Of a stretch of 64,000 nucleotides of DNA, positions 1 through 12,020 are shown piece after piece. A model generated the notes under the pieces. It made no database searches, had not been told where the DNA came from, and was given only the letters and a program-made list of their open reading frames with translations. Origin of the DNA: Mobula hypostoma. Lineage: Eukaryota. Where the stretch lies: the NCBI RefSeq assembly GCF_963921235.1, contig NC_086101.1, positions 7,256,001-7,320,000 of the forward strand, in the 5' to 3' direction. Within the stretch, counting starts at the first letter, position 1. Every line of letters starts with the position of its first letter. The translations under genes and the position numbers were made by a program.

Positions 1-79
1 TAACGTGGTCACGTGGTTCAGTTGTTGTTCAGACCAAACATCAGAATGAGGAAGAAATGTGATCTAACTGAATTGGACC

Positions 80-947
80 TGTTACGTGACCAGCAACAAT
101 GAAAATATCAATTGAGTCAGGTTTTACAAAAACAAACAAGCATTTATTAAACTTTATTCAACAATAGTGAAAAATATTCAACGACTAATTTAACGGGAAG
201 TTAAATGCTATACGGCAACTCTGGAACAGTTCTTAAAAGGGTGAATGCAAGAACAGTTCTTACAGTGGTAAATTTGAACACATTTCTTAGAATGGTAAAT
301 TCAAAAGTCCAAGAGATTTATACAGTCAATTAGGAGAGACTTTTCTGAAGTAAAGAATTCCTCGAAGAAGTGACGTTACTGCTGATCCCAGCCAGAACCT
401 GCCTTGTCCACAGGATTCATGGCAACAGAAATAAAACGGTTTAAAGGAACTGACCTTTTCCTCTGGAGAATAGACACTGTGTAATCCTTCCTGCTTTAGC
501 AGAGGATATCTCATTTGCAGGTCACTTTTTCTTGAACGAAGATTCAATAAAGGTCGATCCTCTCCAATACCACGAAACAACATCAGCTTTACTCGACTCT
601 GCGAGTTCCTGTACTTTAGTAAAGTCTTCACTCTCCAATACTACTTACAATAGAAAGTAGAACTCCACTTTAAAACGAAACTGCGTCATAAGACGAATAT
701 GCAGCATAATGGAGTATCTGATGAATTAAATAATGAACTAAATTGAAAAACTCAACTGGAAAAACTAACTGTGTCACACCAGGGGTCTCCCTTTATATAC
801 CTGGTGAGAACATGTCATCACGTGACCTCACATCGGCGGGAAAATTACATCATGTGACCTCCACAAGACCATTACATCATGCTCATCAAATACTCAATTA
901 CATCATGGTCATAAGACAGTCACAAGATACCCATGAGGTATGTAACA
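80..947 (-). mobile_element. Solo LTR (868 bp), probably Gypsy-type
   Basis: Termini TGTTAC...GTAACA form an inverted repeat; 4-bp TSD GACC at 76-79 and 948-951. Minus-strand TATATAAAG near 791-799 and AATAAA near 143-148. It interrupts the Tc1 relic cleanly. Confidence 0.85.
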
Positions 948-1391
948 GACCATTGAATGATTGTTGGTGCCAGATGGGGTGGCTTGAGTATCTCAGAAAC
1001 TGCTGATCTCCAGGGATTTTCACACACAGCTGTATCTAGAGTTTACAGAGAATGATGTGAAAAACCATTTACTCTACTTAGGCCTCTCATACTTCAAATA
1101 AAACACCAGACATAAGTAACAGGTCCAGAAGGCGGTTATTAACCCTTGGAGCTCCTTCTAAAATCAAAAGATTGTGTTGATCCACACTCATCAGGTCCAG
1201 ACTCATGCCCTTTTCCTATATCCTTTGATTACTTGTGACTATGTTATGTTGGTACCAGAAGTGTGGCAGCTCTTGTGGGCTACCCAGCACTTTCCTCGCT
1301 GATTTTATTTGATGCAAAAGGTGGATTTTTCCGTATGTTTCATGTACAAATGACAAATAAAGCTATTCTTTATCTCTTTCTTTGAAAAATA

Positions 1392-1787
1392 AGGCCTTTT
1401 CTCCTTGGAGTGATGGAGGATGAGAGGTGACCTGATAGATGTGCACAAGATAATGAGAGGCATTGATCGTGTGGATAATCAGAGGCTTTTCCCCAGGGCG
1501 GAAATGGCTAGTGCGAGAAGGCACAGTTTTAAGGTGCTGGAAGTAGGTACAGAGGAGATGTCAGGGGTAAATTTTTCACGCAGAGAGTAGTGAGTTCGTG
1601 GAATGAGCTGCTGGCTGTGGTGGTGGAGGTGGAAACGATAGAGTCTTAAGAGACTCCTGGATGGATACATGGAGTTTGGAAAAATAAAGGGCTATGGGTA
1701 AAGCCTAGATAGTTGGAAGGTAGGGACATGTTTGGCACAGCTTTGAGGGGCCGAAGGGCCTATATTGTGCTGTAGGTTTTCTATGTT
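1392..1787 (+). mobile_element. CR1 LINE 3' fragment
   Basis: Degenerate RT C-terminal coding sequence (RMRGDLI..KI.RGIDRVD) and CR1 3' end GGGCCGAAGGGCCT...TTCTATGTT. Confidence 0.85.
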
Positions 1788-2138
1788 AAAAAATCTGATT
1801 TCCTTACTGGTTAGAAATTTGTTATGTCTTACCCTTAAATATCCCGAAGGACTCTGCCACCACAGCTCGATGTGGCAAGAAATTGCAAAGTGACACTATG
1901 AAAACTGAAAATATTCCTCTTTTAAGTCTTCAGCCAGCACTTCCTCATTCCGAGACCATTCTGCAAACACATCCAGAGAGCGGCAGTTCTGTGGGTGAAA
2001 ACACCCCATTAATGAAGGAGGTCAGAGGAGAATGGCCAGACTGATTCAAGATAATAGGAAGGCAACAGTAACTCAAATGTTGCTGCAGTGGTGTGCAGAA
2101 AAACATCTCTGAACGGACAACCCAATGAACTTTGAAGT

Positions 2139-2271
2139 CCTGGTGAAGGTTCTTGGTCCAAAATATTTACTGTTTACTCTTTTCCATAGATGTTGCCTGG
2201 CTTGCTGAGTTCCTCCAGCATTTTGTGTGTATTATTTTAAGCTCCAGCATCTGCGGATTTTCTCTTGTTTG
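2139..2271 (+). mobile_element. Short Penelope-derived element starting at a degenerate hammerhead motif
   Basis: Flanked by a 13-bp near-perfect TSD, TGAAC(T/C)TTGAAGT (2126-2138 and 2272-2284). Body matches the 3' end of the GIY-YIG-bearing elements at 15290-16075 and 39416-40056. Confidence 0.75.
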
Positions 2272-2934
2272 TGAACCTTGAAGTGAATAGGCTGCAGCAG
2301 CCGAAGGCAATGCACTCAGTGGCCACTTTATTAGGTACAAACAATAAAGGATTGTTCGGGGATTAGACATGTGAAATGATAAGAGGGTATGTCATCACTT
2401 GGCAAAGCCCAGAAACAAAGGGCATGGTCTCAGACTGAAGACACAAAAGAAGAATATTTTCAGTATTCATAGTGTTGTCAGTCTTTGCAATTTTTTGCCA
2501 CATAGAGCTGTGGCAGAGTCCTTGGGGATATTTAAGGGCAAGACATATAAATTCCTAAACAGTAAGGAAATCAGATATATTTTCAAAGAAAGAGATAAAG
2601 ATTAGCTTTATTCATCATACATACATTGAAATATATCTGTCTTCTGTGTCAAATCAAATCAGCAAGGAAAGTGCTGGGTAGCCCACAAGAGCAGCCACGT
2701 AACGTGGCCACAAGATATCAAAAGATATGGGAAGAGGGCAAGAATCTGGAGTTGATGAATGTTGGATCAACATAATCTTTTTGATTTTAGAAGGGGGCTC
2801 CGAGGGTTAACAACTGTTTCTGGATCTTTTACTTATGTCTGGTGTTTTATTTGAGGTATAAGAGCCCTGATGCAGTAAATGACACAGACGTCAGTAGGAG
2901 AAACCAGGACCTGAAGTTAATTAGCAGAAGGTTT

Positions 2935-3175
2935 AGTCATAGTCATAGTCATAGTCATACTTTATTGATCCCGAGTGAAATTGGTTTTCGTTACAGTTGC
3001 ACCAACCAAGAATAGAGTATAAATAAAGCAATATAAAACCATAAATAATTAAAATAATAATATGTAAATTATGCCAGGAAATAAGTCCAGGACCAGCCTA
3101 TTGGCTGACCCTCCAAGGGAGGAGTTGTAAAGTTTGATGGCCACAGGCAGGAATAACTTCCTATGATGCTCAGTG
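2935..3175 (-). mobile_element. Rex1/Babar-like LINE 3' end with (TATGAC)n tail
   Basis: Near-identical to the 3' ends at 47136, 57890 and 58277; tail reads (GTCATA)n on the plus strand. Confidence 0.8.
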
Positions 3176-4059
3176 TAGAAGAGAGTTGAAATAGAATTAT
3201 TTAGCATGTTCTGATGAAGGTTTAACAGTTAATTCCTCTCCTTAGATGCCACCTGACCTGCCTGTTGAGTTCCTCCAGTATTTTGCATGTGTTGCTCAAG
3301 ATTTCCACTATCTGTAGAATTTATTGTGTTTATTCAATAAATTATGGGGCCTGGAACTCACTACCCTAAAGAGTATGGGAGATAAAGACACTCCCCAGAT
3401 TTACCAAACAACCTGAATGAGTCTAGAACCTACTAGGTTAGGGATCAGGTGTGGAGATTACTGTGAATACAAACAACTCGCACAAAATGCTGGAGGAACT
3501 CAGCAGGCCAGGCAGCATCATGGAGAGGAATAAACAGTCGACGTTTCTGGCCGAGACACGTCACCAGATTCGGAAGTTCACATTGGCCTATCTTGTCCTG
3601 ATGGGCCAAACAATTTCCTTCTGCACTGTGAATTTCAATGACTCTCAGCTCAATGGCAATTGACTTTGGGGGGGGGGGGGGGGGAAATCCAGCCTTATTT
3701 CAAAAGAGCAATATGAAGGAAACCCGAAGTCTGTTCCAAGCACAATATTGCCGAGCATCCCTTCCGCCCATCCCCACAATCTCCGTGACCCACTATCCTC
3801 AGGAACATCCGGACTAGGAATGACAGACTAGGTAACAGTTTCTTCCATCAGGCTGTGAGACTAATGAATACCCTATCACCACCGAGGTCTCATCACTGGA
3901 ACAGTGAGCTGTTTACCTTTGCCGCCCACCACGTGCGTTTTGAATTATATCTATCAACGTATTGCGGTAATATTTTGTTTTATGTTCTGTTGTGTTCGCA
4001 AAAACGTTTTTTTCCGTTTGGTTGAACTTGAACTTGAAAGGGTTAATCCCAACATGTCA

Positions 4060-5000
4060 AATTGCGCCCTCTGTCGTTTGATTGATTGTAGGTAATCGTT
4101 ATCCATGGAGGCAAATTGATAAAACTCCCTATCAAGCAGCCACGTCTCGCAGTGATCCCGCTCTTTAGCGCTTCAAAGCGCCCTCTCACCCAACCCAGGT
4201 TTAAGTCACACACTCCCGCTCCTTCCCCGAACACCATTTTATTCCTCTCTCGCCGCGGAATTGTTTTTTTTTAACAAGAAGGTCCCACAGTTTATTTTCC
4301 AAGGGACAACATCCAGATCATCTCTTGCTGCATCGCTCTCCATCCACCCGCAAGATGTCGACAGAAAAACAAGGTATGTGATTTGACGTCCCTCCTCCGT
4401 GTGTGAGCAGCAGTGGGCTGTGTGCGAACACAGACATCGGGGTTAGTTATCAGTCAATGTTCGAACGCTCCGCTCTGGTTTATGGGATCTAGGTAGGGGA
4501 GATATCGCGTCTGTTTATTCCACTGCACCAGACTCTCTCCTCTGTCACCGTGCTGCCTTTTAATGGGCTGCGTGCCGGCCAAATGCACCGGGATTAACAG
4601 CGCTAAATCAAAGCGTATTTCCGCAGACTGCAATATTCTCTCCAACAGTAAAGCGCTTCTGTAACGCGCTTCAGCGAGGGGGTTGGGGCGGTTGCGGGGA
4701 ATATCTTTTGGCGCCCCTGACTTCAAAGATGGCATACGGATTCTGTAATTGCAACATTCGTCTGGCATGGAGGGACTGACAGTGCACGGGATTTCTTCGT
4801 GATGCTATCCCGATGACCATTTACCGTTTGTTGTTTCGTGACTGCTATGGTGCGGGGTAGAAACTAGAAACTGGCAGAGGGCGGGAGCCGCATTCTCAGT
4901 TTAAGGTCTTAGTTTTTGAGTATAACAATGTTAGGAATTTTAATCGCCTCGGCGTGACTAAATGTGCATTCTAGCGTGTAAGGGATTATCGTGGAGCGAA
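4060..5000 (+). promoter_or_regulatory. CpG-rich promoter / 5' UTR / start of first intron
   Basis: Repeat-free and visibly CpG-enriched relative to the window. TGATTGAT (PBX-like) near 4079 and TGACGTC (CRE-like) near 4385. Surrounds the ATG-donor unit at 4355-4379. Confidence 0.6.
4355..4373 (+). CDS. Candidate first coding exon of an unidentified host gene (MSTEKQ + 1 nt, phase-1 intron)
   Basis: GCAAG-ATG (A at -3), then ATG TCG ACA GAA AAA CAA G followed by the strong donor AAG|GTATGT, within the CpG-rich region. Confidence 0.6.
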
Positions 5001-5179
5001 ATTACGTTGAAAGCAAAAGTCCGTATTATTCCTCAGCAATATTTCATCTCCCGGAGTTCCTGCAATCCTCAATTTGCTTGTTGTGAATATTGCCTTTATG
5101 TTCCCTGATTTCTAAAGCCGAGCTTTCCCTCTCCCCCTACGCCTCTCTTTCGCTCTTTTCCTCGTCCCTCTCTCTATCC

Positions 5180-5481
5180 ACTATTCGTCTATCAATTTAT
5201 CTATGTATGTATGAATCAATCTATCTAGCTAGCTATCTATCTATTTCTTTCTCTATCTATCTTTCCATCTATCTACCCTTCGAAGTCTTTTCTCTCTCTG
5301 TATCTATCTGTCTGGCTGTCTTTCAATCTATTCATCTGTCTGTCTGTCTCTGTATGTCTCGATCCATCCTTTTCCCCTCAGTCTCTATCTCTCACTATCC
5401 ATCTATCTGTCAACAGTATGACTGTCTATCTATCTATCTATCTATATATCTGTCTGTCTATCTATGCCCTCACTATCTATC
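5180..5481. repeat. Degenerate (TCTA/TCTG)n microsatellite
   Basis: Runs of TCTATCTA and TCTGTCTG; explains the spurious ORF 5090-5659. Confidence 0.9.
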
Positions 5482-5483
5482 TG

Positions 5484-5810
5484 AGATGGGACTTGTACAG
5501 ATAACGGGGGGCCGGGGGGGGGCAGGGGTCTCATGTGGAATTAGTGGTGATGGGAGTTGTACAGACAACGGGGGAGGGGTGGGGTCTAATGTGGAATTAC
5601 TGGCGATGGGACTTGTACAGGTAACGGGGGGCGGGGGTCTAATGTGGAATTACTGGTGATGGGACTTGTACAGATAACAGGGGGGCAGGGGTCTAATGTG
5701 GAATTACTGGTGACGGGAGTTGTACAGCCAATGGTGGTGGGGCGGAGGGCTAATGTCGATTTGCTGGTGACGGGAGTTGTACAGACAAGGAGGGATAGGC
5801 TAATGTGATC
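5484..5810. repeat. G-rich minisatellite, about 6 units of 54-64 bp
   Basis: Repeated GATGGGACTTGTACAGATAAC(G)nGGGGTCTAATGTGGAATTACTGGT. Confidence 0.9.
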
Positions 5811-6355
5811 GGAAACCTGCTGGAGGGGAAATAGTGAAAATCAGAGAGGCCACCCTATATTTACAGTATCGCTGTGGAGAACCGCACCTACACAGCCTAA
5901 CTGAGTTACACTTTGATTCTGTAGTAACAATCGAGTATTATGTTCATAGTCTGGTCTGCAAGGCCCAGGGGAGTCGTCTGTTACCGGACGGCCAGCCTCC
6001 GAACTTTTCTTGTGTGTCACTACTGTCTATACTGGCTCGGTCAACACTTGCCCCTCCAGTGGTGGTGGAGTCTATGGCGGGGTAAATGCTCAGAGATGGT
6101 CTTGTTGGAGATTGATTCAAGTTCATTTGTTTGTCACATCTACGTCGAAACATAGAGTGGAATGTGTCATTTGCATTAACAACCAACACAACCCAAGGGT
6201 ATGCTAGGGGCTGCCGACAAGTGTCACCACATATTCCAGTGCCAGCACAGCATGGCAGCAGATCAACACACACAGCAACAACACAGACAAAACTGCAGTG
6301 AAACAAACCCCTTTCCACCCTTGCCACCCACCCACTCACTCACATACACACAGAC

Positions 6356-6590
6356 AGGGCTCTGGCCCCGGGACCAACTGCCTCTGGGCTTCCAACCACA
6401 GGCCAATCTGCCTCTGGGCCTCTGGGCTTCCAAGCATAGGCAAATCTGCCTCTGAGCCTCTGGGCCCAGGACCAACTACCTCTGGGCATTCAACCTAGGA
6501 CAATCTGTGTTTAGGCCTCAACCTCCAGGATGATTTGCTTTTGGGCCTCTGACCCCAGAATAATTTGCCTTTGGGCCTCCAAGCCCAGGA
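6356..6590. repeat. Degenerate short-unit tandem repeat
   Basis: Repeated TGCCTCTGGGCCTC-like units. Confidence 0.65.
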
Positions 6591-6689
6591 TGATCATTGC
6601 ATGTCAGGTCTTTAGCACAAACAGCCATGGTCTCAGATCATCCCCTAGCTGACTGGTATCTAGGGCATTCCATCTGCAGACGTAAGTAA

Positions 6690-7870
6690 CCTATTGCATA
6701 TTGAAACGTCTAGGTAGGCTGGACATGGAGACGATGTCCCTATAGTGGGGGAGTCCAGGACTAGAAGGCAAAGCCTCAGAATATAAGGAGGTCAACTTTA
6801 GAACAGAGATAACAAGGAATTTCTTTAGCCAGAACGTGGTGAATCTGTGGAATTCATTGCCATGGACAGCTGTGGAGGACATCATTGTGTGTATAGGATG
6901 CAGAAGTGGGCTGAGAAGTGGCAGATGGAGTTCAACCCGGAGAAGTGTGAGGTGGTACACTTTGGAAGGACAAACTCCAAGGCAGAGTACAAAGTAAACG
7001 GCAGGATACTTGGTAGTGTGGAGGAGCAGAGGGATCTCGGGGTACATATCCACAGATCCCTGAAAGTTGCCTCACAGATGGATTGGGTAGATAAGACAGC
7101 TTATGGGGTGTTAGCTTTCATAAATCGAGGGATAGAGTTTAAGAGTTGCGATGTACTGATGCAGCTCTATAAAACTCTGGTGAGGCCACACTTGGAATAC
7201 TGTGTCCAGTTCTGGTCACTTCACTATAGGAAGGATGTGGAAGCATTGGAAAGGGTACAGAGGAAATTTACCAGGATGCTGCCTGGTTTAGAAAATATGC
7301 ATTATGATCAGAGATTAAGGGAGCTAGGGCTTTACTCTTTGGAGAGAAGGAGGATGAGAGGAGACATGATAGAGGTGTACAAGATATTAAGAGGAATAGA
7401 TAGAGTGGATAGCCAGCGCCTCTTCCCCAGGGCACCACTGCTCAATACAAGAGGACATGGCTTTAAGGTAAGGGGTGGGAAGTTCAAGGGGGATACTAGA
7501 GGAAGATTTTTTACTCAGAGAGTGGTTGGTGCGTGGAATGCACTGCCTGAGTCAGTGGTGGAGGCAGATACACTAGTGAAGTTTAAGAGACTACTAGACA
7601 GGTATATGGAGGAATCTAAGGTGGAGGCTTATATGGGATGCAGAGTTTGAGGGTCGGCACAACATTGTGGGCCGAAGGGCCTGTACTGTGCTGTAGTATT
7701 CTATGTTCTATGTTATTTAAAGTGGAGGTTGGCCAATTCTTGATTAGTCAGGGCATGAAGGGTTACGAGGAGAAAGCGGGAGAATGAGGTTCAGAGGGGT
7801 AATAAATCAAACATGATGGAAGACTCGATGGGCTGAACAGCCTAATTCTGCTCCTATGTCTTATGGCCCT
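6690..7870 (+). mobile_element. Older CR1 3' fragment hosting a younger CR1
   Basis: 6690-6885 and 7714-7870 join into the CR1 subfamily 3' end also seen at 31080-31440 and 45900-46283. Confidence 0.75.
6886..7713 (+). mobile_element. Young 5'-truncated CR1 LINE with an open RT C-terminal frame (ORF 6847-7650)
   Basis: WAEKWQMEFNPEKC...RDLGV...LYKTLVRPHLEYCVQFWS...ERVQRKFTRM...FFTQRVV are CR1 ORF2 hallmarks; (TTCTATG)n tail. Confidence 0.95.
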
Positions 7871-8248
7871 ATGGACATGGGCTACTCTGTTTTCATAGGA
7901 CTTACAAATGCAATTGAGTAGTACGCAATCGTCCTCCATTTATTTTGGAAGTAGCCATCTTCATCAGAAGTTCTGATGACTCAGAACTCAATGAATGAAT
8001 GCTGAACTACCATTGTTGTGTTGGCAGCAGGATCAGAAAACACTGAGGGGTGGGAGGGGAGGTGCCTTTCTTTCAGACTTACATCATCTGGGACATTTCG
8101 CTTCTCCATTCTTCAGCATCAGGTTCTCAGTCACGCGGTTCAGAAGTTCTTATGTTCACAGGCCATGGCTCTCACACACTGGGTTTGCAATACACAGCAC
8201 AACAAAGCCATCTCAAAGTCATGTTTATTGTCATGTGTACAAGTACAG

Positions 8249-8872
8249 TGTGACAAAGGTCCGTCACTGATTACGGACGGCACATGGCACACTCGGTAAA
8301 ACACTCATCCCCAGCAGTAATCGTGACTGGGTCTGAAACAGAGCTGCTGCTTAGAGCTGCCTCATATAGAGGCAGCAGCAACCTGCACCGGTGTGGAGGA
8401 TCCCATCTTTAACTGGGTCAAGGGTTATGTTACCTAATTACTCATCTTGTGGTAAAGTTTTGGGGTTTATTTAAGTTATTTAATCAGGAAATGGTGAATC
8501 CAATAAGGAGATATATGTGTTTATTGTGAGAACTGGCAATGGAGTTTCAGATTGTGTGAAATGGAAGATAATTGAGTTAATTTAGCTTTTGGTTGGTCTA
8601 GGAGGACGGGCTTAGCAGTTGTAAGCCTCGGGTTACCAAGGCTTTGCATTAATTTTTGTGTTTAGTCTGAGGGTGGCTGTTAACCAGACAGGTGACAATT
8701 GCAAGCTGTATATATATTGTATTTTTTTTTTCAGTTTTTTTCTTGTTTTGATGTGGACGTCCAAGTTTTTGTTTTTCCACTATTTTTGTAAATAAAAGCA
8801 CCTCAATCTATTTTTGCCACTCAAGCCATCTTGTTATTTTTCTTAGACAGTTGACCCACAGTTTTTGTGACA
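8249..8872 (+). mobile_element. Solo LTR (624 bp)
   Basis: Termini TGTGACAAA...TTTGTGACA (8/9 inverted match); 5-bp TSD TACAG at 8244-8248 and 8873-8877; AATAAA near 8791. Confidence 0.8.
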
Positions 8873-9294
8873 TACAGTAATGCACAGGTGCAATGAAAAG
8901 CTTTCTTGCAGCAGCATCCAATAAGTGGCATTCACACAAAAAACACATAAATTATACATAAGTTTTACAACAAAGAACTCAAGTAGAATCAGAACAAAAA
9001 GTCCATTTTGGTGCAAAGTCAAAATGGTGATAGTGTTGCCAAGACATAGTGATTAGGGCTCAAGAACCAAATGGTTGAAGGGAAGTCACTGTTCCTGATC
9101 CTGGCAGTCTGGGACTTCAGGCTTCTGTACCTCCTGCCCGTTGATAACTGCCCATGGATGTCTGGGATCTGTGATGAAGGCTGCCCTTAACAAGATTCAA
9201 CGTTCAACGTTCTTTGATTATGAAGGTCCCATTTGCTGCCTGCGCTGGATTCCAGAGTTGAGTTGGTGTGGTGAGGAAGATAGTTACAACACCT

Positions 9295-9329
9295 TCCTGA
9301 CGAAGGGTCTCGGCCCGAAACGTCGACTG
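9295..9329 (+). ncRNA. Minimal type-I hammerhead ribozyme motif, intact core, 5' arm of stem I truncated
   Basis: CTGACGA-A-GGGTCTCGGCCC-GAAAC-GTC-GACTG at the head of a short Penelope-derived element (to about 9428). Confidence 0.7.
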
Positions 9330-12020
9330 TACCTTTTCCTAGAGATGCTGACTGGCCTGCTGCGTTCACCAGCAGCTTTGATGTGTGTTGCTTGAATTCC
9401 CAGCATCTGCAGAATTCCTCTTGTTTGAGTTAGAACATATGATTTTTTGAGGCTATCAATCCAGCTCAAGACTGTAGAATGGAGATAATGATCTGTTGTT
9501 CAGAGGCAGCCACACCGACACCAGCAGTTTTCCCTCTTTGCCACTTACTAATCAATTGCAGAATCAATAATTGTTTTGTTGCAGATTGTGCAGTCACTGT
9601 GAAATGGATTGAGAAGAAATACAGTCATGTGATATGGATTCTGGAAACCCACTATTAGGAGAGGTTAGATACTAGAATTCCACAAGGCGAGACTGGGGTT
9701 TAAGGCCTAGTTCTCAGAAATTGGAGAGTCCAGAGGTCATTGCTGAGGATCGAGGCCCAAGGGTCGAATCGGTCCTAGGGTCCATTGGCTAGAGCCTCCA
9801 GATCTGTGAACCTCTGCAAGTCACTAGGGTAGTCAAAGGCCCATGGTCTGCATGTCTACATCCAAATCCAAGTCTGCTGGAGGCCAGAGAATATGGACTG
9901 TCTTGGATTAGAGGACTTTGTATGGGTGGCTGGCAGATTGTTTTTCTTTATGTGGGGGCTTGGTTTTGCTGCTGTTTTATTGCTTGTTGTGTTCTGTATT
10001 GCTCTGTCGGGCATTGTGGGCACGCTATGTTGGCACTAGGTTGTGTGCCGACACTTGAGATCTGCCCCCAGCACATCCTTAGGTGAGTTGTTAACACAAA
10101 TGACACATTTTACTGTACGCTTCAATGTGGATGTGATAACTAAACTTGAATCTGTACACTGAGACCTTGATTAGATTTTTCCTGGTTCTGGAGCATTAAC
10201 TGGAGCTTGCCACAGTTTGGAGACCTGAATGTTCTGGGCCCCGTTCCACAGTGCTGCAGACTCTGTGAATATCCTGCTAAGTTCCAGCATTACTGTGATT
10301 CTTATTCTGGAACACCACAATATCAGTGTGCGGAAAGTTGAGCAAATTATGTTTGATTCCAGACCTGTTGTCGAAGTGTGGTAGGTTTGAGAACTTTACC
10401 TGACACTGAAGCCTCTTCCTTAATAGTTTGCTAGCCACTCAAAATCATTCAGAATGTGTTTAAAATGTAGTATGCCTGTGGTTTATTTATAAGCAATATT
10501 ACTGCAGGACTTGTTGAAAGATGTTAACTGGATATAATCCAAAATATTCAAAAATGCAGTGATAAATGTGCTAGGTTCTTCTTCCGCATATTCCCTCCAC
10601 TTTCACTCGCATTAGAAGTTAATTGGCTGCTGAGATTCATCAGACATGGCAGGTTGGCACGGAGCAATTATTTAGTTCTAATTGGCCAGCAAGGAAGGTA
10701 CAGTGGGATCTGGGCCAGCAGAAAAAAATGGGCTGAAAAATGGCAAATGGGATTTAATGCAGACAAGCGTGAAGTGTTGCATTTTGAGAGGACAAACCAG
10801 GGAAGAACTTGCACAATGAATGGTAGGGTACTGAGAAGTGTGGCAGAATAGAGAGATTTGGGAGTACAGATCCAGATTTCCTCAAAAGTGGCATCACAGG
10901 TAGACAGGAACAAGACGAGAGTTTTTGGCCCATTGACTTTATAGATCATACAACCCCCATCCTTCTAATTGTTGTAATAGAACCCACATTGCTAATTCTA
11001 CTGGCAGCCCATTCCACTCTCACACTACCATCCTCTCAGTTTCCCCTTAAACATTTCACCTTCCAACCTTATCATATGACCACTTGCCCAACCACAGTGG
11101 CAAAAACTGAGCAAAAACCCTATCTCTACTCCTCATAATTTTGTATACCTCCATCAAATCTTCCCTCATTCTCCTACGCTCCAGGGAATAAAGTTATGAC
11201 CTGTTCAACCTTTCCCTATAGCCCAGGTTCTCAAGTCCCAGCAGCAGTATTGTAAATATGAACAAAGCCATATTTCAAGGCTCACAATTGTATTTAAATC
11301 TATAACCTTCTGACTCAGAGGTAGAAGGCCAAGGTTCATAGAACACTACAGCTACGTAAGTGGTCCACTGTCCACCATATCTAGGCCTGTCCTCCTGATC
11401 ATATAACTAGTGCTATTTGCCTGACCATATTTGAGAGCCTGTTTAAACGACTCTTACACGTAGGTGATTGTATTTGATTCCACCACCTCTTCTGGTGACA
11501 TTCCAGATATCAGGCAGCCTCTGTTATGAAGGATCTCAGCTCAAAATGTCAACTGTTTATCTCCCTGCCATTGAGCACATTTACACAGAGCATTGCACAG
11601 GAAAGCAGCACCCATCATCAGAGAACCCCTTCCCCCAGGGGTTCCCCTTGTAAATTGAAGAAGAGAAGTCATGCTCTCTTCTCACTGATGTGTCAGGAAG
11701 ACGGCATAAGAGCCTCGGGATTCATACCAACAAGTTCGGAAACAGTTATTGCCCCTCAACGCTCAGGCTCCTGAACCAGAGCGGATAACTTCACTCAACT
11801 TCACTCGCCCGTCACTGAACTGTTCCCACAACCTCTGGACTCACTTTCAAGGACTCGTCATCTCATGTTCTTGTATTTATAGCTTTTTTATTCCTTTTTT
11901 TCCCCCCATTTGTATTTGCAGTTTGCGGCCCAGTTGCCCACGCTGTTGGTGCTATCTTACACCAATTCCATTATGATGATTGGATTTATTTAGTATGCCT
12001 GCAAGGAAATGAATCTCAAG

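Larger units (their letters stand above)
1..2339 (+). mobile_element. Tc1-like non-autonomous DNA transposon relic, split by several later insertions
   Basis: Pieces at 1-79, 948-1045, 1966-2138 and 2272-2339 are collinear with the copies at 25596-26137 and 30570-31584. They include transposase N-terminal HTH-like coding remnants and the TIR-like CACTCAGTGGCCACTTTATTAGGTACA near 2313-2339. Confidence 0.75.

Noticed and set aside
4355..4373. Assigning a gene symbol to the MSTEKQ exon
   Set aside because: Six residues are insufficient, and I do not recognise the peptide.
5090..5659. 189-aa hydrophobic ORF
   Set aside because: Translation of the TCTA microsatellite and the G-rich repeat.
6847..7650. 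267-aa ORF as a functional gene
   Set aside because: 5'-truncated CR1 RT C-terminus lacking the catalytic core; the start codon comes from the host repeat.
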